From Trichoplax adhaerens (lineage: Eukaryota > Animalia > Placozoa), in contig NW_002060945.1 in the NCBI RefSeq assembly GCF_000150275.1, positions 11,872-75,871 of the forward strand: a stretch of DNA of 64,000 bases. Reading direction: 5' to 3'. This document shows positions 53,801-64,000 of the stretch, in pieces. The position numbers were made by a program, and so were the translations under genes. Below the pieces are notes generated by a model, which did no database searches, was not told the origin of the DNA, and saw only the letters and a program-made list of their open reading frames with translations. Each line of letters opens with the position of its first letter. The stretch's first letter is position 1.

Positions 53801-55884
53801 AAGAGAAATTTTGATGATGACAGATATCAGAAATTCACTTGGTAAAGCCGTTTTCGAACGATTAAGGTATGAAATAGAAGTGGACAGAAATGTGAAAATC
53901 TTGACAGCCAGGAAAGATGAAATGATTCAACCTAACCATGACTAATTTTTACGAAAATCTTGATAATTATGGATGATAAAATGGCTCAATTTAGCCATAG
54001 TTTGGCTTCACAAATTGGAAAAGTTATAGTATTAAATTCTCGTTTCTCGCTAGTAAAAGCTAGCCGATAAATTGATCTTGAACAAGCCTTGAAATAAATT
54101 AAGATTCAGTCATGCTTAGCAATTGCAATATCGCGTGTAAAATTGCCAATAATCAGTGACTGCAAGAAATAAACTCCTATCTAGTCTAGAAATCTCATTA
54201 GCAAATGATTGATAGCTAACAGATTGACTTTGAGTAAAAATAAATTGAATTAAGATTCAATCATTTTATGGTTTACTTTAATTTGTAAACTCCCTACAAT
54301 CAGGTACTAAATAGAATTGAAGGGCAATCCAGTCTAAAAATCTCATGATTAAAATGTTCCATTGACTTTAATAAAACAATAAGCTGAATTTCCAGTCATA
54401 TTTTAGCTTTATTAAATTCAGTCGCAATTCCTCAGCGAATAGGGAACGAAGTAGAGCTAAAGTAAGGTAGAGTTTGAAAGCCTTGATACGAGTAGTTAAA
54501 AATGATTCATGGATTAATTGTAAACTACTGACGAAATGAGTTAATATCTAGTTATTAAGTTATTATTATTATTAACATCTAGTTATGTTTCGTTTCCACG
54601 AATTTTCTGTAAATTCTTAGCAAGCAGTCAATGAAACAAGTCTAGACGACAACACTGTCAGAAAATTGTTCAAGTGATCCATAGATTAGCTTTAAATGAC
54701 TGATGAAACGAATCCATATTCATCTATATTTAACCTTAGCCAATTATTTACAAATTCTTAGTGAGCAGTGAGCGAAAATAGGCTAAACCACAGTATTCTC
54801 CGCAAATCTGGATATTTGAAAATGAGCTATAGTTTGGTTTTTAACGAATGACACAATAAATTAAAATTTATTTGGGTTTAGATTTCGTAAACTGGATTGT
54901 AAATTCTTTCAACAGACAACGATCAAAAAGACTTTACTGTATATAGGCTGAGAATCTTGCAAACAGAAGATAATATTGGCTTTAAGTTAACGACGGAATA
55001 AGTTTAAAACGAAATCCTCTCTGCTTTCACCAATTAGTTTAGAAGTACTCGATGAGTATTGATGGAAAATGCTCGACTCATCATCATGATCAAGTCTCTA
55101 TCTATTAGTTATTAGACTGCGATGGAAATCGACTAGACTAAGACGTAGTCAAAAAATCTCAGTAGTTTAAGAAAGCTAATGGACGGTGTTGAGACATGTT
55201 TCACTTAACTCATCTTAAGTAACGGTTATGGCATTACTTGTTCGATTTAATAGGCAAAAAGAAAGTTAGGAATACTAGTTTACTTTTAAAGAACTCAACC
55301 TTGCCAGCAGAAGACCTTAATCTCCCGCTCTGAATTGAGTTGAGAATTGTAGTTAAAACCTTTCGATTGAATTGGAGAGTCGGATAGGAGTCCTATTATA
55401 TGGATCTCTCTATGATAACTTTAGATGGACTAGTTGGGTCAGTAAATAAAGATTAAGGAAATGATAGAGGAAAAGTAACAATTTACTTTAAGAGAAATAA
55501 ACACCGAGAGAAACGATTATTTTTTCCCTATTATCTCGGCTTAATTTTCATGTGAATCAAGATTTGCCACGATTTTCTTTTTCGCATTCACGTTGAATAT
55601 TAGTTTTAGCATCATCGATTCAAACAGAATGAAAATAGATTTAAAATAGAAATGAAAACGATAGTAGGGATACGTTCAGTGGTATCAAGTTAATTCTATC
55701 CATGGATCACTTATACATTTTATTCCTATGTCTTGAAATAGTTGAACCATTTGAGCACAGCAATGTTGAAGATATTTCATCACATAACAATCATGCAATC
55801 GTATAACTTACGCCATCGACTGGCTTTATAATTATGATTTTCCACATTCTTGGTCTGTCCAATTCGACTATTCTCTTGACCCAT
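47856..55884 (-). CDS. N-myristoylated four-EF-hand calcium-sensor-like protein (calcineurin B/NCS fold); 3' end uncertain
   Basis: Exons 55884-55812 (GCCATGG; MGQENS), 50719-50629, 50003-49906, 49323-49262, 49083-49071, 48857-48792, 48671-48604, 48341-48237, 48139-48093, 48007-47934, all GT-AG and in phase. Translation: MGQENSRIG...WLKEDEMIPFVQVFNSLSKLSSTSGSVDMRSFIQCFHLQGILSRRLFAILDTDKDNRLSQEEFIDGLATCIYATKREKQKILYRMYNLSGREGIIESDMLTVLKSV...AYHTYHKNHTGKLSFMEFSRWIDANPYLMECVF. It ends at a 47860 acceptor (stop 47856), by read-through to TAA 48014, or by splicing into the kelch gene. Confidence 0.85.
50780..51575. repeat. Degenerate tandem repeat, about 5 copies of ~158 bp, in intron 1 of the EF-hand gene
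   Basis: AGAAAT(T/C)ATGATACT...TCTCTTTATC...TTTTATAACTATC...AGAAAT.GAT..TAGCCA...AATATTATTTAGAGATGGAAA recurs at about 50786, 50945, 51101, 51262 and 51455. Confidence 0.85.
51841..52352. repeat. Young tandem repeat, 4 copies of 129 bp, intronic
   Basis: AGTATC..TGCATTTA.AGATT.ATGGAGAGAACTAAATATAA.AAAGATTACTCT.ATCGAAA...TGTTTAGGTAAGCAAG..TTGAGAT.GTTACAGTAGG.AAAGGATAACTGCTGAAT at 51841, 51970, 52099 and 52228. Confidence 0.95.
54030..54990. repeat. Highly decayed tandem repeat, period about 145-148 bp
   Basis: GTCTA(G/A)AAATCTCA at 54184 and 54332; AATTAAGATTCA.TCA at about 54098 and 54248; AAATTCTT at about 54611, 54751 and 54901. Confidence 0.5.
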
Positions 55885-57589
55885 GGCGCCTTTCTTAACT
55901 TTTCCTTCAGCGATATCGAATTAATCACTCTCCATTATCCTATCCTGGCACATACTGCATTTCTAATAGTTATTTCGATTTTCTTTTATCATGACGGCTA
56001 CAATCATTATGGAATATAAACTAAAGTGCTCCTCCAATACTGTTTATAAAATAGGGACACTAAAAAGATGAAGGAGAAGATGGAGGTGAATGAGTTCGAT
56101 GCTCGACCTACTTCTAGCAACAAAATGGCCCGATTAACTGAGTAAAGTAAGAATGACGATCGATAATCAATGACTTTAAACAGCTAAATACATCTAATAG
56201 AATGGATAAGCTCTACTCTACATCGAAGATTATCCACCAAATAGTGAAATCTAGGTATCTATGTAGTCTAAAAGCTAGAATAGGTATGCCGGTACCACAC
56301 CTAAAGTAATTTTATTTATTATAACCATTGCAAGGAGAATTTTGTCATGATCGTTGTTAAGGGAGGGGTAGGGCTAATTTAGCTGTTACCATGAGAAGCA
56401 AGACAAACAGTTAATTATTGTTATTTCGACATGCATTATTCGCTTCATGAATAATTTTCTTTCAATTAGAATTGTTTCTATAAGGATGGGTACTTTAATC
56501 AAGCAATCAGGTTATTCTCTCATCAAACACTCCTATAGAGGCGTTAATTAATTGCATTGAATACCTTTGAGCAGTATCCAGTAGGATAAATTAACTCTTG
56601 CATTGTTGCAGTATAAAGATTGCCGAAGCACAAGGCGAGAAATCTAGAAATGAGGAGGAATACCTGTAATATTAGGGGTTTCAATAACGGATTAATGGTG
56701 GAAGCAAAAAGTACACACAAACTACGTACGCTATTACTAAAAACACCTTCTATTCTGATTCATCAACATTACATCTAATCTGCTAGCTACAACAAGGCTA
56801 GGGATCTCCTCGACTTCGTGCAGTTTACTTGATCATTATAGATCATTCAACAAATTAGTATAATCCTTATAATCTACTTTAGGCAATTTTAATAACTACC
56901 AAATTAAGAAGAATTGTTATACTAGAATACGAATACTATAGTGTAAAAATGAAATATAGTATATCGGCAAAAGTACTTGAACACATTAGGTACATTATCA
57001 TGATTAAAACTGTAGAGTATTATCTAGATTATGTACTAATAAATAATCTTCATAATAAATATGATTACAATCGGACCAAATTAAAATTAAAAAAATTTCC
57101 GAAATAAATTAAACCAAATTTATCCATCATTACAATGATTTATCCTGAGAATATTAATGTAAGAATAAAGATTGTACAATCTGTACTACTGTATGATTAT
57201 GTTGCATTCGAAACCTTTGAATGATGTACAATAATTCTACTCTTGGTTTAACGTTGTTCCACTGTAAATATTAAATATTATCGATAAGCAAGATTGCATT
57301 ATAAAGATGGAGCAATTTATATTATGATAATGTTGTATTAGAGATCTTTGAACGATGTAGAATAATTCTAATTTTGCTGAAATATTATTCCACTTTAAAT
57401 ATTGCTTATAAACGAGGCTGAAATATAAAGACGCGCAGTCTGTATTATGAGCATTTTGCATTCCAAATCTTTCAACGATACAAGATAATTCTACTCTTCG
57501 TTTCATGTTATTCTGCTGCAAATGATATCTACAAGCAAGGTTGAAATATAATTAATTATTCACCAATTAGATTGAAGAATGCTTTCGAG

Positions 57590-58045
57590 AAAGGACTAAT
57601 AAAAATTAGGATTTGGGAATAGATGTTAAAATTGGTCAATAATGAAAAATTCTATACTGGTATCGAATAATTTGGTAAGATGGCTGCTGCCATCCACAGG
57701 TATTTCAAGTTAGAAACGCAACCCTATAGTAGATGACAAAGTTTTTAAATGGTAGAATATTGCAATCACATCTATCACATCTAGTAGAATAACATGGTGA
57801 CCTATAGGACGTTAAAGCTAGAATAAGGGAAAGGATCAATGATTCAAATTAGAATTAGGATTTGGAATAGATAGCAAAGTTTTCAAATGATGAAATATCC
57901 TATGCTGATATCAGATAATTTGATAAGATGGATGCTGGCATCGATCGGTATTTCAGGTTAGAAAAGCAATTATTTATTACATGACAAAGTTTTCAATGGT
58001 AGAATATTGCGATCAAATCTAGTAGAGTAACATCGTGGGCTATAA
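57590..58045. repeat. Tandem duplication, 2 copies of ~250 bp
   Basis: AATTAGGATTTGG.AATAGAT...ATAATTTG.TAAGATGG.TGCTG.CATC...GGTATTTCA.GTTAGAAA.GCAA...ATGACAAAGTTTT..ATGGTAGAATATTGC occurs twice. Confidence 0.9.
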
Positions 58046-58220
58046 TTATAATTGGAGGACATTTTCAGCCTAATTATAGCTATTTTAATCTTATGGCTAC
58101 GCGTTATATTCGCAAATTAACAGGCTAATGCAAGCATAATTGTCACGGTGTTAATAACCAGTGTTAAGTATAAAGACGTTATATCGATCGTTATAAAGTT
58201 GTGAATTATAGTTGTGAATT

Positions 58221-58465
58221 ATAAGTGTGATAGAGTGGAATAGGCAATCATACCTTAATGCTTGCTTCTGGATAGCTATAGATAGTATTGTAAATAGATA
58301 TGTATTTAATGGCTCATGTAATAAAATAAAGAATCTGATTCTAATGTAAGTGTGATAAAGTAGAATAGACAACTACACTTTATTGGTTGCCTCTGGATAG
58401 CAATACATTATAAGTAGATACGTATTTAATGATTTCTAAGAAAAAATAAAGAAATTTGATTCTAT
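58221..58465. repeat. Tandem duplication, 2 copies of ~126 bp
   Basis: TAAGTGTGATA.AGT.GAATAG.CAA...CTGGATAGC...TAGATA.GTATTTAATG...AAAATAAAGAA..TGATTCTA occurs twice. Confidence 0.85.
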
Positions 58466-61400
58466 TCTTTCCGGCATAGTACTCAGATTCTTATTTTATA
58501 ATCCTAGGATAAAATGCATTCACGAAATTGATTACTTGCTTTATCCCTAACCCAGTGCCCATAGGTAGAGTTATATTGAAAAGTAAACGAATTATTCTTA
58601 TTTAGTAGCCCAAATTACTGAAGCTAATAAAAGACTCCGGCCACAGAAACGGATCCTATATCGTTCATATCTATAAGATAGTGTCATTGTTTCAGTAAAT
58701 TTTTACATTTTGCTGTTATATTTCTTTAAGAGCGTAACTTACTTTCGGTCAGTCTTATTATTCAAGTGTTGTATTAATCCAATTCTAGCAAGTTTAAATG
58801 TTGTTCTTCCTACTTCAATTATAATTTCTCTTTCAATTTTAAGTATTTTTAGACAATTATTAAAATGACCATTTTACGCTTTTATTTTTGCTTCAAACAA
58901 ATCACGATGACGGTAGGTAAATATTTTACTTTTAAATCTAGCTTAGGTCTTTTCAGTTGCATCATAGTAATGATATGGATCCAATTTTGTTACATGTAAA
59001 AGCAATTTTGCTTTCTATAACCTCAATTTATTGCTCACTTTTAAACATTTTGAGCATGCAAGTAGACAGTATACTATCGTAAAGAATAGCATTATCTATG
59101 TAATTATAGGATACTATATATAACTATTTTAAGCGATATTTACCACAAGCGATACTTAAATTAACACTTTACTTATTCGTATAGTCTAACAGCTCGTACA
59201 TGTTCCTGGTAACATTTTTATAACAATAATCGTTCAGTTTTGTCTTAATACTTATGCATACGATTTAATTTAGTAGGTGACATCTCTTTCAATCCGTTAG
59301 CCTCATATCCTCTTCGTAATATCCTTATCATGGTAGCAACTTAACATAATCAAAAGTAAGAAAGTATATTTCCTTTCTATAACCTTAAATTACCTTTTGA
59401 TTTTAAGTGTTTAAGTTTATATTCTGTTGATATACAATACATAATCTACGTAAGCATAAATCAGATATTTTAATCTTGCATAGTCTATACTTTATTAGTA
59501 GATTGACAGATATTTAATAGTCAATGCTGATATTTTCGCTTAAATAAAATAAATTAGTTAGAATAAATGATACCCACGCTTCATGCATTTACAGTTTAGA
59601 AATAAAGAGATGATAAATCGTATCTAAACCTATCAATATACCTAAAATTCCTAAAATAAATAAGTAGCATACTTGTATAGGTACCATGCAAGTACTTATT
59701 TCTTTTTTTCAGGACTAGAATCAGACAAGAACAAATACCCTTCCAAATTAGCTATTTTACGATAATGATCATTACTTTCGTCATTTTAAAAGAAAATTGG
59801 AATAAATAGATGGCAGCCTCAGGCTATGGATTATCACTAGTTGCAACTAAATCTATGCAATACCCGTATATTGAAATTGTATTAATTTTAATAGTTACAT
59901 TTCGCATCAAAAAAGCTATCTACAACCTAAAATTATTATTAATATTTCTTTATAGAAATGTATTTGCTTCTGTTAAAGGCGAAATCATCACTGATTAGTT
60001 CAGTAATTTACGTTGCAGAAAAGATTTTTTCTGAGTATTTTTTAGTCACCCTAGAAAGTTTGAAAATAAAAAATCGATAGTTTAGGAGTATGCTTTAACA
60101 ATATACCATTTTATTTTCGTTGTTCTCTTCCTCGTTCACTAACAAGGTTACAAAATAATTGTTTCGAAAAATCGATGGATTATAGGTAGAAAGATCTACG
60201 TATCTCCCATTTCAATCAATATCAATAATTTTGAAAGCCATTTTAAATTTGAGTAGATTTATTATGAGGAGAATAAATACTATACAACAGATCTTGCTAG
60301 TGCATTTACGAGGGCATAATAAGCGTACGACTTAATTCTCGAAGTAAGCTTTTAATGTATGTTAAGGTAGAGAATTTATTAACTTGATTAGTGAAATCTA
60401 TTCTATGTAATTCTTTTGCCTTTCCTCGCAGAATATATTTACCAAAAGTTCGTTGAATACCAGTGTTAGGTGAATCATGAAATAACTTTACATCGACTTG
60501 AATGTCACGAATGTAATGGAATTGGTGTACATAATCCAATAGAAATATTCAATAAAGAAGAGGTCATCTGATAGAGTAAATTATCAGATTAGTTTTTCCA
60601 CAAATAATAAAATATAAGTAGTTAAATGGAGTAAAGAGGTAGTAATTGTAATTATTCAGAAGAATAGAGTCACATTATGAGACTTTTTTTATCATAGGAT
60701 ATTCATTACAACATTTGCCTAAGATAATGATGATTGATAGGTTTAGTTTAATATGAATAGTAGAAGGTAAATAAAAATCATACATAGGCAATAATTCAGA
60801 TGATGAAACAATCTCGCCGTAATGGCTAGTATAAACTATCGATTATTACTATTTCATAACGAAAATAGTAGCATCCCAAGTAGAGAATCGAGGAAAGGGT
60901 AGTAGATCTAAAATCTTTAGTTAAAAGCAATAAGAAGCTGCAATTTTATAGTCATTACCTAAACAATTTTTCGATAAACAGTTTTCCAGTTTTTTAATGA
61001 ATAAAGTAAAAGGTGATAGAAAAACTTTTATTACATTGCAATGACTGTTATAATTATTGGTAAGCTTACATTTCCATTCCTTAGAAAGTAATAGAAAGCA
61101 AGTCCAGAATTAAAGAAAAGAGCAGTTTTGAAATTTTTACTACAGTAGAAGGTGATGAGAAATCACATCACGATAACTAGAATAATTCACCGATAATTAA
61201 CATTTTTATCCTCGGCCAAGGTAGTAGAAAGCGGCAGTAAACGAGGAATGAAGCAATATTGCAACGCCAAATGTACTTTATCCTTCAATAAACATTGTCA
61301 TTTTTAATGAAAGTGGCAGAATGCCGTGAAAAATCGAGAAACGGATGTTAGCTGTGCAACTTTGAAGAAGTACAACAGAAAACGGCAGGCAATTTTCATC

Positions 61401-63119
61401 TTAAGGCCATGATAAACTGATCAATTTACCAGGTTAAAATATTACGAATACTTAGTGAAAGTGATAAAAAGGAAAGTAAATAGTCAATGCAGGTAGTTAC
61501 TGTAAATTCGCGATTAAAATAAGATATTACAAGACAATTTCAATTCCTTTTATTAACATCAAATTATGCGATTCTATCCTCCTCATTCTTCAATATCCAA
61601 GAAATCAAAATTATTGTGGTGGTATTTTCTCCAGAGATGAAAATTTTTAAATTTATCGACTAGTTCCGTCAACGTTTATTTATAGAGATATACTCTTATA
61701 CAGTACATTATATCATTATTGATGCCAATTAGTAATATCAGTACGGTTAATCCTATTGCTATTTTCCTGGCAGATTAAAAATTTTATAAATTCCTACACG
61801 TTAATATTAAGGTGTTTCGATATGGATTGATCCGTATTAGTAAGAGTAATATTCAGTTATAAAATAATTCCATTCAACGCGTATTCAAAACTGGTGTAAT
61901 ACTTATCATTCATAATATTTGCAACTGATGAGTAATAGTAAGACGGCACTGAGTCGATTTTGAGAGAGATACTAATTACTCAACTTTATTGAGCATTTTA
62001 TCACTTATTAAAAAATAGATCCAGTTCTAAATAACTATATTCAAGTTGCATTTAAAATTTAGAGAATGGTAACTATCCTTTATCGTTCTGCAATTAGCAA
62101 GCTAAACTAAAATGATACCTGTTAAAATTACCAAAATCTTCACAGAAAATACAGCATTGTTACAGGAAAGAGTAGAAAAGGTTATTCTATGAACCTGAAA
62201 TACGGTGTATATTACTCTAATGGATATTCCTAGTTGCTAATTAATTCATTTATCTATACCTATATAGTATTCGCAAATTAACGGTGCTTTGTAAATTTGT
62301 CGTAAAGTGTTCTACAAGTAACTTATGTACATATATCGTATATACGCATAGTTGTGTCAGAGCCATTAAAATAATTTTCAGCATCTCATTGATGCTACGA
62401 TAAATCCTTGGATCAGTAATGCATTTAGTATCGGATTGGAAAGTCAATAGTTATAACTAATAGTAAATCATTAAATGGACGATGAATTGCTATAGATAAC
62501 TATCGTAGAAGTTTAATAATCAGAACGACGTTAGATTATTAAGAAAAATTTTCCTTGTTTTTGCTGCGCTAATATGAATCATTTTCGCTTAAGGTCTATA
62601 CCACTATTAGGAAAGATGAATGAAATGTTCTAAGTCTACTAATCAAATTCTAACTGTAGTGTATTTAGAATATACTGTAACTTTATTCTACTCTTAAATA
62701 TAGACATGTTGTATTGATCTTATATTTAGACATATCTACAGTCTGTTCGCTCTACATTCAAATATGGCTTACTACATTTAGTTATTACAGTCCTCGCTAT
62801 TTTCTACAATCATCTGCTATTTTATAACCTGTTATGGTATATGTTGTATCTAATCCTACAATCATGTTCTCTGCATGTGTTCTAATACCTTAGCTATAAA
62901 TACAGCTGTTTTCTACCTTAGATTTGTTATGTTGCATTATTAGTCACAGTTAATATTCACACTTTACTCACGGCAGCTACCACGCTGACCTACCGTAATT
63001 ATCACACTGTACCTAACTACAATCTACAATAAAGTATCCTCTTTTCTTAAGCTCCTTGTGCAATTCTCTGCATGGCAACTAAAACCACATTATCTGACAC
63101 TTCGAACCCTCCATCACAC

Positions 63120-63560
63120 TAACAATATCGGTGATGCCAAGACTCTAAGAAAATGATGTAGATTTCCGTTATGGGAATAATTTTATTCATAATTAGCAGC
63201 GTTACTGTTGCCAGTAAGATTACAAATCAAGTTCTGACAACATCAGTAATGCCAAGATTCTAAGAAAATGGCTTCAATTTCCGTAATGTAAATAACTTTA
63301 TTCATAATTAGCAGTATTACTGTTGCCAGTAAGACTACAAATCAAGTTCTGACAACATCAGTAATACCAAGATTCTAATAGAATGATTTCGATTTCCGTT
63401 ACGTCAATAACTTTATTCGTATAAGAGTTACTATTGCCATTAAATCAGTATCATCTAATAATAACAGTAAGGATAATGTCTAAAGTTTAAGAGAATTACT
63501 TTTCAGCTTCCATTACATGAATAATTCCAGCCATGGTTAGCATTACTAAAGCTACGGAAC
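63120..63560. repeat. Tandem repeat, 3 good copies plus at least 1 decayed copy of ~115 bp
   Basis: (G/A)CCAAGA.TCTAA at 63136, 63251 and 63366; TTTCCGT and TTTATTC.TA recur at the same period. Confidence 0.9.
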
Positions 63561-64000
63561 ATGGCAACATAATATTGGTCCGACAATAATTTGAAGAATG
63601 AAATATTAGAATTTAGAGAAAACTTTTTGAAAATTTTAATTTCCGCTGCATGAATAATTCTAATTAAAGCTTGGAAGTAAGAATTAAATGAATATTAAAC
63701 TACTGTCCGAGCTATAATAGTTATGGTGATGTCGAAATTGTCGATAGATTATTGATACTTTAATTGAAAAAACAATTCTAGTCAGAGTGTGCAAGGAAGG
63801 ATTGGATCTATATTTAAAATACTGCCTGACTAATAACTTTAATTGTATTGTAAAAAATTTAAGAAAGCTAATTTACAATTTCTACTAGATGAATTATTTT
63901 AGCCATTCTGAACATCGATATTGCCAAGAAAAGAATTATTTTGATCGAATAATAATAGCCAAGAGCAATATTACAATTCGAAAAAGCAATATAAAAAATA

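Noticed and set aside
56085-56110. GAGTTCGATGCTC, resembling a tRNA T-arm
   Set aside because: No acceptor stem, D-arm or anticodon arm can be folded around it.

Overview
AT-rich eukaryotic (animal) genomic DNA with many short GT-AG introns. The style (compact introns, intronless rhodopsin-type GPCR, GT31 paralogs) suggests an early-branching metazoan such as a placozoan; this is inference only. I assembled nine protein genes by hand. Five are intronless in their CDS: four GT31 beta-1,3-glycosyltransferase (B3GNT-like) paralogs (all -) and a class A GPCR (+). Four are spliced: a 7-exon NDUFA10-like/deoxynucleoside-kinase gene with a likely mitochondrial presequence (+), a 32-exon SNX13 (+), a kelch beta-propeller gene (-) and, directly upstream of it, an N-myristoylated EF-hand gene that is essentially absent from the ORF track (-; 13-nt microexon, 5.1-kb first intron). 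The EF-hand gene can splice in frame into the kelch gene, which would give a 656-aa myristoyl-EF-hand-kelch fusion. Non-coding DNA holds about 10 local tandem repeats (80-250 bp units), two GTAC/TACAG-rich islands just upstream of spliced genes, and a small dispersed ATGGACTAC...GTAGTCCAT hairpin family. I recognised no rRNA, tRNA, CRISPR array or autonomous transposon. Exon coordinates were read by eye and checked for reading-frame phase; none has transcript support.
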